The notes below the pieces were generated by a model. The model had not been told where the DNA came from. It did not search any database and saw only the letters and a list, made by a program, of their open reading frames with translations. A stretch of 64,000 nt of DNA, taken from IMG/VR virus record IMGVR_UViG_3300032331_000527, positions 75,059-139,058 of that record; one strand, given 5' to 3'. The translations under genes and the position numbers were made by a program. This document shows positions 46,823 through 56,596 of this stretch, one piece after another. Position 1 is the stretch's first letter, and the number at the start of each line of letters is the position of its first letter. This DNA comes from a virus.

Positions 46823-47526
46823 TTCACCACATATCGCTTATTGATTACACTTACATTTAGTTCTTTATGCGCAACTTCAAATTTATCATATCCAACCTTG
46901 AGCTGTTTCCAGAAATCCATATTAGGATTCTTTGAATGAGTGAACATATTGAATTCGTTCATACGGAATGGATACATATGAATCTGAATCATCTTTTGTC
47001 CTGCCTTCAAAGAATCACGAATCGCTGCAAAGAGATCTTGCATAGGAACGTCTTTAATCGCAAAGCAACCAGAGCTGTCGCATCCGCCGTGAATCATAAT
47101 GCTTCCACCTGTACGACCATGAGCGCGATCGTACTCATTAGGATATCCTGTGTTGAATGAGAGATATCTAATGCTATTGAAATTGAGATTATCAAAAGCA
47201 GTGCTATAGAAACCCTCAGGTGACTGACGATCACCTAACTTCTTCTTAGGACCAAGCTCTCCGCTGTATGCACACACGCTAAACGTATGCACGAGCGCAT
47301 ACTCGCCAGACGCAGTCTTACGCCAGAATTCCAGTTCATTCGATTCTTTGAAGATACGAATGAGCACTGGACTGTTCTTAGTAGCACCTACTCTCTCGCT
47401 AGCCTCAACCAGCGAGAGAGTCTGGGGAGCATGACCTTTTCTACGATCAGTGAACTCGCCGTATTGAATTCCTTGCGCACATCCCGCGAGCGCGAGCATT
47501 GCGACACCAAGAAAGAGCTTTTTCAT
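46819..47526 (-). CDS. L,D-transpeptidase-family lipoprotein (YafK/DpaA-like)
   Basis: Lipobox LAGC. IRIFKE..ELE.W, SG.LGPK...GD.Q.PEGFY, IMIHGGC.S.GCFA, YPFRM, FW.QLK.GYD.FE. Confidence 0.88.
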   Translation of the reverse strand: MKKLFLGVAMLALAGCAQGIQYGEFTDRRKGHAPQTLSLVEASERVGATKNSPVLIRIFKESNELEFWRKTASGEYALVHTFSVCAYSGELGPKKKLGDRQSPEGFYSTAFDNLNFNSIRYLSFNTGYPNEYDRAHGRTGGSIMIHGGCDSSGCFAIKDVPMQDLFAAIRDSLKAGQKMIQIHMYPFRMNEFNMFTHSKNPNMDFWKQLKVGYDKFEVAHKELNVSVINKRYVVK

Positions 47527-47527
47527 A

Positions 47528-48391
47528 TTAGAATTCCGAGATAGATTCTGTTAAGTTGCGCAGCCGATACTTGATGAAGTAATTCAAGATCTTGCTCCGT
47601 GGATTACGCTCATACTTATCAAACTCTTCTACGATTTCTTTCTGAAGTTCATCAGGAACCAAGTCCAGATCAACCATCATCTTGTTTCTATTATAGTTTC
47701 TAAGCATCTCTGGAGTGCAATATGCTTCTGGCATCATAAGAGTCCACTCTTCGAGCTTCTTCTTAGGGAGAGGCTTCTGTCGTTTACCCGCTACGATAAA
47801 CGTGTCGTCTTCGGAAAGGAAATTAGGTACACCGTCACCGCTGTCTCCTTGCAAGATATGATATTCTTTGAATCTTGCAGGATTGACGTCGGGCGCAATG
47901 AACTTCTTAGCGATGGGGGAATACTGCGTAATGTTTCCAAACAGCTGGAGCTGCATGAAATCCTTATCGCCAGAGATGATGAGAATCTTCTCAGCTGTGT
48001 TCAGGAACGAACCATTAGCGTTACAGATAGAACCGATAATGTCGTCGGCCTCAGCACGATCGAAGCACAACACGGGATAAGGCATGTTGTCGCGAATCTC
48101 CTCGCGAATCTTGTGCAAGGATACAAAGATAGTCTTCCAGTCGTGATCGGAATTGGCTCGCGCTTTCTTGCGATTAGCCTTGTAATGAGGAAACACTTCA
48201 CGACGCCAATAAGAAGGACCGTCGCAGCATATTACAAGCTCGCCATACTCTTTGCCAAACTTCTGCTTGTACATGCGAAAGCTCGACAGAACCATATGGC
48301 GGACCGTATCTTCGTCGAGCTTCTGTTCATTATTTGATAGCTGCATCATGATATTTGAAATCATGACTTGGCTGAAATCCACGAGTATCAT
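47528..48391 (-). CDS. rnh: T4 RNase H / 5'-3' exonuclease
   Basis: YWRR..FP.YKANRKK, EADDII, IISGDKDF.QL, GD.GDGVPN.LS. Confidence 0.93.
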   Translation of the reverse strand: MILVDFSQVMISNIMMQLSNNEQKLDEDTVRHMVLSSFRMYKQKFGKEYGELVICCDGPSYWRREVFPHYKANRKKARANSDHDWKTIFVSLHKIREEIRDNMPYPVLCFDRAEADDIIGSICNANGSFLNTAEKILIISGDKDFMQLQLFGNITQYSPIAKKFIAPDVNPARFKEYHILQGDSGDGVPNFLSEDDTFIVAGKRQKPLPKKKLEEWTLMMPEAYCTPEMLRNYNRNKMMVDLDLVPDELQKEIVEEFDKYERNPRSKILNYFIKYRLRNLTESISEF

Positions 48392-48414
48392 ATCAACTCT
48401 CCATTCATATTAAC

Positions 48415-48443
48415 ATTATATCAGGTCGTGGATAGGTTGTCAA
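48415..48443 (-). promoter_or_regulatory. Early promoter for rnh and the downstream hypermodification genes
   Basis: TTGACA-N17-TATAAT. Confidence 0.75.
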
Positions 48444-48811
48444 GCCGGATCGTAGTCATCATCATCTATATTGTCGTTCTTGGCTAGAGTCTGGACAGTA
48501 GCCTCGACGATTTCTTGAAAGGGATGATGGAGTCCCATAGTCATAAGCAGCGTAGAACGTAGTGCTTCAATGGCAAAGCCAAAGTGTTTGTCGAACTGCT
48601 TATCAAAGATATCAAAGCCCTGCTGTGCAAGCTTGTTTGCAATATGATTAGCATAGGCTTCAGCGACCTCATCGACGTATGCTCTACGAGTCGTTTCCCT
48701 AACAGCTTTGTCTTCTACTGGGGGAACGACTCGTAGATTTCGCTTCGGAAACCGAACGACGTTGTTATTTGACTGCCCTGAGGATGATGGTATATTCGTT
48801 GATTCGTCCAT
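48440..48811 (-). CDS. Hypothetical protein
   Basis: NNVVRFP...EALRS.L....G..HP.Q conserved pattern. Start adjusted. Confidence 0.55.
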   Translation of the reverse strand: MDESTNIPSSSGQSNNNVVRFPKRNLRVVPPVEDKAVRETTRRAYVDEVAEAYANHIANKLAQQGFDIFDKQFDKHFGFAIEALRSTLLMTMGLHHPFQEIVEATVQTLAKNDNIDDDDYDPA

Positions 48812-49901
48812 TCGGAATGGCGTCCTTAGTCTTAATCGCTTCGAAGCTGCGTTCGGCACTCTTTGAGGTGCTGGTTGTGATGTTGGGTAGAGATTCAGCT
48901 GGCTTACGCAGCTTCTTCTGCTTAGATGCTTCACCAAAGTTCTGGAGAGTAGTACCCTTCAGCGAAAGTCCGCCTTCATTGGAAACATAATGAGCAAGGA
49001 CGTTGTATTTAGTATTGAATGTCCAAAGCTCTGTAGCCCCAACAAGCTTGGAAGGATCGATACTCGCGATCTTGAGAGTAGTATCTTCCTTCTGGAACTT
49101 GATCTTAGACACAAGCTTCTCAGCAGACTTAGGCTTTGTTTTGCGCGGCTTCGCATTGGTGACTTTGCGACTATTAGAAACGATAGATTCGCAGTCGCTG
49201 ATGATGCCAGAGAAAATAGCAATGCGTTCCTTGAACTTCTTTTTTGTGAAGTGACGATACGCATACTTCAGATCTGGATCTTTAGTCTTTTCTGCTTCCT
49301 GCAACTCAGCAAGAGTTGGCTTATAGTAGTCAGCGATCGCCCTAGCCGCAGCAGGCTTCACTTGACGTGTGTCTTTCAGCCATGAGTAGAATCCCTCTAT
49401 CAAGACAGGACTATCCTTGTCAAGCATCTCTTCGATGTCGCCGATGAGATTGCTGGCGGGATTCTTAGGAATCGTCACAACAAGCGCAGCAGCTTTCTCA
49501 GCCTTCTCAATCTCGATACCATTCTCTACGAGCTTGACTAGATGATCGTTCAGCTTTTTTGTAAGCTCTTCGGATTCTAAGCCCATAGAAAGCATGCGTG
49601 CTGTGTTACACATGCTGGCGTTGAGCTTGTTATCCGAATTACGATTCACCATAGCAATGGCAGCCTTAGACATACCCTGCTCAGTCATATAGGCTAGGAT
49701 ATTCTCGCGAGCTGTTTTGACTTCGTGAAAATAGTTGTACCAGTTGTAGGCGAAGCCAATCTTGGAACTGATCTCACTTTCACTTAAGAAAGCTTGATCG
49801 TCCCAAGTTGGTTCTTCGCCCCAATACTTGGCGTCAAGACCGCGAGGCGTGAAGACACGCTTCTTCTTGATCACGCCCGTCTTTAAGAGATTCTTTGCCA
49901 T
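48765..49901 (-). CDS. Conserved T4-like hypothetical protein
   Basis: G.EP.W...NWYNY...SIDP...GA.ELW.FNTK...SLKGTTL...KKLRKP...GRINE..IIL. Confidence 0.75.
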   Translation of the reverse strand: MAKNLLKTGVIKKKRVFTPRGLDAKYWGEEPTWDDQAFLSESEISSKIGFAYNWYNYFHEVKTARENILAYMTEQGMSKAAIAMVNRNSDNKLNASMCNTARMLSMGLESEELTKKLNDHLVKLVENGIEIEKAEKAAALVVTIPKNPASNLIGDIEEMLDKDSPVLIEGFYSWLKDTRQVKPAAARAIADYYKPTLAELQEAEKTKDPDLKYAYRHFTKKKFKERIAIFSGIISDCESIVSNSRKVTNAKPRKTKPKSAEKLVSKIKFQKEDTTLKIASIDPSKLVGATELWTFNTKYNVLAHYVSNEGGLSLKGTTLQNFGEASKQKKLRKPAESLPNITTSTSKSAERSFEAIKTKDAIPNGRINEYTIILRAVK

Positions 49902-49924
49902 GAGGATATCCTTTCACTATGAAC

Positions 49925-49953
49925 ATTATATCATAGCGGCTTTCAAATGTCAA
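49925..49953 (-). promoter_or_regulatory. Early promoter
   Basis: TTGACA-N17-TATAAT. Confidence 0.75.
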
Positions 49954-50948
49954 GGCTTGTTTTTTATAGAGAATAGGAAGTCTTTCCATTGAGCAGCCCT
50001 CATATCCCAATTATAGAAATTGTCAAAGTAGGCCTTTTGGAAGCCCAATCGTTGCTGATTGAATTCTACCCAATATTCGCTGATGATCATGCTAAGAATT
50101 CCAGCGAACATATTGGCGTGATTGTTGTTGTTCTCGGTCCATCCATACATAACGGCAAAGTTGGCACACGTTTCGGGGAGAGCAGCAAGTGTTGGGCAAA
50201 TCACGTTACAGCCAGCGCTCATAGCCTCAAGAACTGAGATTCCACTCGTCTCTGGCCAAATGCTAGGATAGACATACACATGGGCTTTCTTAAGAGCTTC
50301 TCGAATGACTTCATTGGGCTGATAGCCATGGTACGTCATCTTTGGATGCTTCTTAATACGATCGAAGAGTTGGAGATATGGCTCATCGCGAGCAGGCCAT
50401 CCGTAGATAGCGAACGATGAGTAGACATCAAGATGGAAATCCAAGCCCTTATCTGCGAGGAACTCGATGACAGGAATCAAAATCTCTAAGCCACGATGTG
50501 GCGTTGTATGGTAGATAAGATTGATAGTTCCCTTTGGCTTTGAGTGTTCCTCGAAAGGAACGATAGCATTCTGCAGAACGATACCCTTATCATACGGAAC
50601 ACCAAGGCCGATGTTGAATGTAGCCTGCTGATAATGAGAAACGAAAACGAGCTTCTCAAAACGATCCAAGCTTTCCTTCTTCTTAAGATGTTCGGACTCT
50701 GGATCATCCCAAGTATCATGAAGCCAAAGAATGTTCTTCTTCGTCTTGCTAATATTCTCATCACGCACGCGAGAGCAAATGATATTGAACTCGTTCGTAA
50801 GCTCTTTAGGAAGACGAGCCATCAGTCCTTCGTACATCTGCTCAGTTCCACCCTTAGAACCAATATGAGCATATGTACCATTATTCGCAGGTTCAATATG
50901 AGCTTGAGTAGAAGACTCTTTGAGTCCAGTGATATTCAGTTTAGTCAT
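49950..50948 (-). CDS. Glycosyltransferase, GT-B fold (GT4-like)
   Basis: GGTE, W.HD, FVS.YQ, Y.TTPHRGL, YPS.W.ET..IS..EAMSAG. Confidence 0.88.
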   Translation of the reverse strand: MTKLNITGLKESSTQAHIEPANNGTYAHIGSKGGTEQMYEGLMARLPKELTNEFNIICSRVRDENISKTKKNILWLHDTWDDPESEHLKKKESLDRFEKLVFVSHYQQATFNIGLGVPYDKGIVLQNAIVPFEEHSKPKGTINLIYHTTPHRGLEILIPVIEFLADKGLDFHLDVYSSFAIYGWPARDEPYLQLFDRIKKHPKMTYHGYQPNEVIREALKKAHVYVYPSIWPETSGISVLEAMSAGCNVICPTLAALPETCANFAVMYGWTENNNNHANMFAGILSMIISEYWVEFNQQRLGFQKAYFDNFYNWDMRAAQWKDFLFSIKNKP

Positions 50949-51228
50949 TATCTTTCTCCATAGATATTACAGAATCAATTCGAAAAGAGCGCCAACCCTT
51001 TGCTTCAATATCCCATACAGCAAGAACATCAAGATTCTCTGCAGTTGTAGGCGGAGTAGGAGAATCCCACCAAGGCCTAGATGCAGTCTCTATCTTTGCT
51101 GGAGGAAGATACTTCTCATTCAATGAGCAACGCATTTCGCGTAGAGTACCGTCCTTCTTGGTAAACTCAACCAAGATAACGCCTTCGAGAGCAGCTTCAC
51201 GAATCTGTTCTTTATTATATAGCATCAC
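50941..51228 (-). CDS. DUF2693/WYL-like SH3-fold protein
   Basis: F.KKDGT.R.M.C.L...VWD.E..GWRSFR.DSV. Confidence 0.8.
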   Translation of the reverse strand: MMLYNKEQIREAALEGVILVEFTKKDGTLREMRCSLNEKYLPPAKIETASRPWWDSPTPPTTAENLDVLAVWDIEAKGWRSFRIDSVISMEKDND

Positions 51229-51620
51229 ACTTTCCTTCCGAGAAATTTAGCATCAGTTCCATCAGTGATATATTGAGTCGCACCTTTGTTATACGCAGGA
51301 GCAACACGCATTGCCTTCTCTTCGATAGCCTTCACAGTAGCAGCAGACTCTTGACGATCACGTTTCCACTTATGGTCATTGAGAACGTCACGCTTGGCAG
51401 CAATCCCGCCAGGAATGGTATTGGACATTGGTGCTGCCTTAGATTCTACTGCAAGACTATAGGTAAACTTCTTAGGACTAGTCTTAGTCCCTTTGAAGTA
51501 TCCTACCTTCTCGAGTAGTTCATTCGTCTTACGTTGAGCTTCAATCATACCCTGTGTGGGTGTACGAGCCTTACGCTTACGCATATTGTTGCTGGTGTAG
51601 TAGATTGGTAGAATAGCCAT
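51225..51620 (-). CDS. Hypothetical basic protein
   Basis: APAYNKG..QYI motif. Start placed downstream of the promoter. Confidence 0.65.
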   Translation of the reverse strand: MAILPIYYTSNNMRKRKARTPTQGMIEAQRKTNELLEKVGYFKGTKTSPKKFTYSLAVESKAAPMSNTIPGGIAAKRDVLNDHKWKRDRQESAATVKAIEEKAMRVAPAYNKGATQYITDGTDAKFLGRKV

Positions 51621-51644
51621 AACTGACCCCTTATCACATTTAGT

Positions 51645-51673
51645 ATTATATGGTGAAAGGAGCCAGTTGTCAA
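51645..51673 (-). promoter_or_regulatory. Early promoter
   Basis: TTGACA-N17-TATAAT. Confidence 0.75.
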
Positions 51674-53160
51674 GACGTAAAATCCGCCAAGACTGTCTTT
51701 TTGTAATTTTGAAGCAGTCTGCCTGTTTTTTCCATATAAAGCAGATCACGTTTCTTAAAGCCTTTTCTAGCCATCAAGGCTACTTCTTCAGGTGTGTGCC
51801 CAAAATTGCATACCTGTGGTATGTTGTGGGCTGTAATGAAGGTCTTGAATTTATTGAAATCGTTGAATCCGGCTACGAGTTTATCCATCGCGACAGAATT
51901 GTGCCAAGGACTGATCCATAAGCCACTATCCCCTTTCGCTATCTTATAGTCTTTGAATGGACCAGATCTAGCCTTATTGATCTCATTCTTTTCATCTTGA
52001 CCGTCGTTGACGTGCAATTTGCTCCACTTGTATGTGTCTATGAGATGTTGTCCTTCGTCTGACCAAATGAATTCCTGAGTCGCTATCATTTGATCCTCAG
52101 TCTCTGAAGGGAGTCCTGCGATCCACATCGTGGATATGATAGCGTTATCTTTCCAAGATTCTCGACACATGTGTAGGATATCAACGAGTCTGTTCTTGTC
52201 TGTCATCTTTCCGATATATTTTCCAACGGAAGGTGTGAACGATTCAACACCCATGAGAGCACCTACCATTCCGGAATCTCTCAATAGATCTGCTTGTTGT
52301 TTGTTTTTGATTGTGTCCAAACGAACATATCCAGCCCAACGAATATCAATCCCAGTTTCATCGCGTATGCGTATGAGCCATTTCATTTTTTCTTGATAGT
52401 CGTTCGAGATGTTATCTGTTAGATTATACATCCTTGTGCCAAAATTTTCATAGTTGCTCACGAACTCGCGCTTGAGCGAATCGAAGTCGCGCACATATTC
52501 ATGCTTCTTTTTACCCAAAGAACCAAATGCACAGAAGTGACAACTGAAGATACAACCAGCAGCCATCTCAATCGAAAGACTCTCTTGTGGATTAATATAG
52601 TCTTCCTTTGTAGGAGCAGTAGAAATGTCGCTGTAATCAGTTGTTGGTGGCGCATTAATTATCTTTGTGCTTTTCCATTTTGATTCATAATCGATAATTG
52701 GTTGTGCGCCGTTACCAAACACAAACGAGTCTACATATTTTTCTAGTAAATCGAATCCCCATCTTTTGTATCGACCGGCTCTGTCGAACTTATCGTTATT
52801 GATTTCCCATCCACCCATGATAACAATGCATCCAACGGATTTCGCTTTGATGCACAAGAAAAGTAATTTCTTGAAAACATCAACTCCGCTTTCGGAAACA
52901 CCCCATGTATGATTCGTTGGATTTTCATTCTGATTATGTTCTTCCGATAAGAAAGACGTGCTGATGCAAACATATTCTCCGCCCGATTCACGAAATCGAT
53001 CGATGATTATGCTTATTTCACTATCGGAAAAATAAATGAAGTGATGAATTTGTGTTACAGAAAAGTTGTTGCGTCGAAGCTCATTCCCTAGTCTGAGCGA
53101 CGACGCATTTTTTACGAACCCGTCGAAGAAATTCGAGAAGATGATAGCTTTACGTTGCAA
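51670..53160 (-). CDS. Radical SAM protein with a B12-binding-like N-terminus
   Basis: GCIFSCHFC (CxxxCxxC), GVESF, IAGLP.ET. Confidence 0.85.
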   Translation of the reverse strand: MQRKAIIFSNFFDGFVKNASSLRLGNELRRNNFSVTQIHHFIYFSDSEISIIIDRFRESGGEYVCISTSFLSEEHNQNENPTNHTWGVSESGVDVFKKLLFLCIKAKSVGCIVIMGGWEINNDKFDRAGRYKRWGFDLLEKYVDSFVFGNGAQPIIDYESKWKSTKIINAPPTTDYSDISTAPTKEDYINPQESLSIEMAAGCIFSCHFCAFGSLGKKKHEYVRDFDSLKREFVSNYENFGTRMYNLTDNISNDYQEKMKWLIRIRDETGIDIRWAGYVRLDTIKNKQQADLLRDSGMVGALMGVESFTPSVGKYIGKMTDKNRLVDILHMCRESWKDNAIISTMWIAGLPSETEDQMIATQEFIWSDEGQHLIDTYKWSKLHVNDGQDEKNEINKARSGPFKDYKIAKGDSGLWISPWHNSVAMDKLVAGFNDFNKFKTFITAHNIPQVCNFGHTPEEVALMARKGFKKRDLLYMEKTGRLLQNYKKTVLADFTS

Positions 53161-53629
53161 GGATTTCCTTTAATCTATCTGCTGCATACGAAGCCGCAAA
53201 AGCGTCAGGTTTCACTTTTGGCGCGAATCCACACATCCCACGGATATATCCTGTAGCCTGTTGAATCACGCACGAAGAGCCGTGCATCTCGTCGGGATTG
53301 ATATCCAGATGAACTTCGACGTGTCTGTCGCCAATGGCTTCGAACAGATCCAAATACATTTGAGAAGCACGATACACCTCATTCATCAAGCGATATGCTG
53401 GACGATCGTGGCGTTTATCGTAGTCTCGTTCTGTTGAAATCTGTCCGAATACCTTACAACCACGCGAGCCGTCGATATGAATCACGACAGCAACCGTGTA
53501 ATCAGCCTGCCAATGATCATCCTTACGATATCGTTCAGAATCTGCGCCGATATAGACACAGCTTGACTCTGAAGAGTTACGAATAAACTCACGGACTTCT
53601 TCGATATTCATTTCTACATTCCTACTCAT
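53150..53629 (-). CDS. RNase H-like YkuK (DUF458) protein
   Basis: YIGADS...RLMNEV...EVHLDIN...VKPDAFAASYAAD. Confidence 0.85.
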   Translation of the reverse strand: MSRNVEMNIEEVREFIRNSSESSCVYIGADSERYRKDDHWQADYTVAVVIHIDGSRGCKVFGQISTERDYDKRHDRPAYRLMNEVYRASQMYLDLFEAIGDRHVEVHLDINPDEMHGSSCVIQQATGYIRGMCGFAPKVKPDAFAASYAADRLKEILAT

Positions 53630-53644
53630 CGTCTATATAGTTCT

Positions 53645-54649
53645 ATGATGACACATATTGATTTCTTTGGATGCGAACATCCTATTGTATGTCTGCCAAT
53701 GAATGGCGTTTCTGATTTGAACTTGGCAGTTGCAGTCAATAAAGCCGGTGCGTTTCCTAGTCTTTCTATTCCTAATTATATGAGCGATATGGGTAAGATT
53801 TTTCGTAAACAAGATCTTGTTCGCGACTTGTTCGCTTTTGGTGATAAGACAGGAACAAACAAACTGATGTTAAGCACGAGCGATGACATATTATATAATA
53901 ATCGAGATATACTGTATTATCTTTTTGAGAAAACAAAATTGACTCATATAGAGTTGTTTTTGGTTATGAAGAACGACACCCATAAAATAGGAATAGATGA
54001 TTTTAAAAATTTCTCATCTCTCATTCAGGACTTAAAAAGCATTGATATAAAAATCATCGTAAAGAGCATATTTGACAAAATTCAATTCCCATTCGATCCC
54101 CATCCTAATTTTTGGAAAATGTATCCATTCATGGACGGAGTATTATTCAAAGGACCAGATGGTGCTGGTAAGATATTTAATGGACCGATATCTCTTTCTC
54201 AGATGCTAGATATCTCGAATAGATTTTTAAAAGATAAAGCTTCTATCGTCTCTGGCGGGATTTCGACGAACGAGCACATACAGAGTTATCTTAAAGCTGG
54301 CGCAACAGCTGTTGGTATAGGCACACTGTTCGCGTTATCAGAAGAAAGTTTGATTTGTCAAGAATCGAAACTGGCCGTTATAAACGACAACAGAAGACCA
54401 CTCGATAAAAAGTCGAGTGATTCTACTGTTCAAAATGCTTTTGTTTTTTCTGCGTACAACGGACCTGATAATAACAACAATTCAGAAAGTTTGAATCTTG
54501 GTATATCTGGTAAAGGCGGGCATCTCTTTGTTGGTGAAGGAAAGAAATACGTTAATGAGATTCTTCCTGTCGCAGAGATCGTTGCTAGATTGATGAACGC
54601 AGATTATCCAGTTTTTCATAGAGCCCCATCGCAAGACAATTTTGCCTAA
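53645..54649 (+). CDS. Nitronate monooxygenase-like flavoprotein
   Basis: PI..LPMNGVSD..LA.AV..AGA, KG..GAG, SGGI, GA.AVGIGTLFA.SEES. Confidence 0.75.
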   Translation: MMTHIDFFGCEHPIVCLPMNGVSDLNLAVAVNKAGAFPSLSIPNYMSDMGKIFRKQDLVRDLFAFGDKTGTNKLMLSTSDDILYNNRDILYYLFEKTKLTHIELFLVMKNDTHKIGIDDFKNFSSLIQDLKSIDIKIIVKSIFDKIQFPFDPHPNFWKMYPFMDGVLFKGPDGAGKIFNGPISLSQMLDISNRFLKDKASIVSGGISTNEHIQSYLKAGATAVGIGTLFALSEESLICQESKLAVINDNRRPLDKKSSDSTVQNAFVFSAYNGPDNNNNSESLNLGISGKGGHLFVGEGKKYVNEILPVAEIVARLMNADYPVFHRAPSQDNFA

Positions 54650-55763
54650 AAGAACCTAACCACCACGTTCCGTAATGGACAGGAGTATTTCCTCCTGTAT
54701 TAGGATCATCACCATAAACGTATGTCTTGGATGTGTCAATCCAAGTCATGAATTCTTTATCTCGCACAGATCTTTCCATAATTGGTAAAGCTCTTGCTTG
54801 AGCAAATTCCCAGAACTTTGATTTGAAAATAGATCCGGCATAGTAATGCATCATGATCATATTTTCGATTTCATAAACTCTTTTGAGATAGAGATTGTTC
54901 GTATGCTGGTTGGAATATCCTTCGGTCCACATTCTATATGCTTGACGATTAATCATATCCATAAGACTGATAGAAGTCGCCTCCATTGGCTCTAGGAAGA
55001 ACGAAGCATTTCCATTGTATGCGATTCGTGAATCAACGTAATTCTGTTTCCTGAAATAGTTCTTGAAGCTGAATGCGTTCGTCTGATCGCTTGGAGTTAA
55101 TCCCTGCTCAATAAAGATGTTCTTAACGTCTTCTTTGACTTCATCAAGCGAACTCATTTCGCTGTTGTACATATAGCCTACAGAACAACGATTTCTAAGA
55201 GGAATGCCAAAGACCCAACCATGAGGACGAGCAGCTGCAAGTGTGTGATCGAACTTAGGATATTCCCACGGACACTGCGTGACATACACCGAATTTACAG
55301 GAATGCTTTCCGGAAGATAGAAATCTTCATATGAATCTGGTCTACCTGAGCAATCCATAACGTAGTCCGCATCAACAGTAAAAGCTGATACGTTCTTTTC
55401 GATGATACGAACTCTAGGATGTTTTCTTAGCAGAGAGAGAATATGATTTTGAAGAGCGATAGCGTTAAAGTGATACGAAACCAATGGAGGAGCGAACGTG
55501 TGAGTAAACGCTTTTCCATCACTCCATCCAGTCTTATGAATACCAGTCTTATAGTGTCCGTCGATCTTAGACAAATCGAAATGTTCGAATTCGTGTCCGT
55601 ATGAAAGCATGTAACCGAGAGCGATTGGTCCACCTTCACCTACTGCTTGAGGACTAATCTGTGGATCAAAATACCAATCAATAGCCCAATCTGTCCAGCG
55701 AGCGAAATGAGAAGCGGCGAGCGCTCCAGCAGTTCCTCTACCAATAACTGCAAGTCTTTTCAT
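54585..55763 (-). CDS. Tryptophan-halogenase-like flavoprotein
   Basis: VIGRGTAG, VGEG, DCSG, GWVFGIPL, GNASFFLEPMEATS. Confidence 0.82.
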   Translation of the reverse strand: MKRLAVIGRGTAGALAASHFARWTDWAIDWYFDPQISPQAVGEGGPIALGYMLSYGHEFEHFDLSKIDGHYKTGIHKTGWSDGKAFTHTFAPPLVSYHFNAIALQNHILSLLRKHPRVRIIEKNVSAFTVDADYVMDCSGRPDSYEDFYLPESIPVNSVYVTQCPWEYPKFDHTLAAARPHGWVFGIPLRNRCSVGYMYNSEMSSLDEVKEDVKNIFIEQGLTPSDQTNAFSFKNYFRKQNYVDSRIAYNGNASFFLEPMEATSISLMDMINRQAYRMWTEGYSNQHTNNLYLKRVYEIENMIMMHYYAGSIFKSKFWEFAQARALPIMERSVRDKEFMTWIDTSKTYVYGDDPNTGGNTPVHYGTWWLGSFRQNCLAMGLYEKLDNLRSSI

Positions 55764-55780
55764 GTATCACCCTATTAAAA

Positions 55781-55854
55781 TGGCACCAGTGGTAGGAGTC
55801 GAACCCACGCCCTCAGTTTTGGAGACTGATGTGCTACCGTAACACTTCACTGAT
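55781..55854 (-). tRNA. tRNA-Trp (CCA)
   Basis: Anticodon arm TCAGT-CTCCAAA-ACTGA, CCA end. Confidence 0.9.
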
Positions 55855-55858
55855 ATTA

Positions 55859-55948
55859 TGGCGGAGAGTGTGAGATTCGAACTCACGGAACCGGTTAGGG
55901 TTCGCTCATTTAGCAAACGAGTGCTTTCGGCCACTCAGCCAACTCTCC
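55859..55948 (-). tRNA. tRNA-Ser (GCT)
   Basis: Long variable arm, anticodon loop TTGCTAA. Confidence 0.92.
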
Positions 55949-56582
55949 ATAACTTATTCACGAACTCTAATAGCAACTTGTGATGTTGACCATCGTGCCA
56001 ATATCCATCAAGATACTTATACGGAGCTTCATACCAAAATTCCTCACTCTCAGGATGGCAACCAATCAGACCAAGATTACCTTGAATGATAGCCATTGGT
56101 TCGTCATTAGCGTATTTAGCAATTGTATCATAACGACCTGTTCCTGTAAAGACACAACCGTCATAGAAGAACATCTTTTCTTTTTGCCCAAGCCATTCAA
56201 TATCAGCGGCGGTGCCATAGCTACGGCGTATCTCTGCCGTAGGACGCTTGATATATTGAACAGCATCTACATTATCAAGAAGGTCAAAATATCTAGACCC
56301 AGCCCAATAAGCACCCATACAAATACCAATATACCTACCACCTCGAGATAGAAACGATGCGATTTTGTTAGCTTTAGAACGTGTAAAGAAATCGAAATAG
56401 GAATCACTATCGCCAATGCCACCAGGAAAAACAATCCCATCCACGTCATTTAACACCTCGTCCATATCGTCATTGATGGTAAAGATTTTGATTTCATATT
56501 CGGGAGATAACGCTCTTATGATCCCGTTGCAGCATTGCTCGGAACATTCTGGATGGTGCTGGAAAAGAGCAATCCGTTTCAT
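55935..56582 (-). CDS. BPL_N / class I glutamine amidotransferase-like protein
   Basis: FPGGIGD, YIGICMGAY.A, FYDG, GCHPE. Confidence 0.8.
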   Translation of the reverse strand: MKRIALFQHHPECSEQCCNGIIRALSPEYEIKIFTINDDMDEVLNDVDGIVFPGGIGDSDSYFDFFTRSKANKIASFLSRGGRYIGICMGAYWAGSRYFDLLDNVDAVQYIKRPTAEIRRSYGTAADIEWLGQKEKMFFYDGCVFTGTGRYDTIAKYANDEPMAIIQGNLGLIGCHPESEEFWYEAPYKYLDGYWHDGQHHKLLLEFVNKLWRVG

Positions 56583-56588
56583 TCGTCG

Positions 56589-56596
56589 TATTTATA
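56589..56596 (-). promoter_or_regulatory. Late promoter TATAAATA (near-leaderless start of the BPL_N gene)
   Basis: Exact motif 6 nt upstream of the ATG. Confidence 0.6.
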
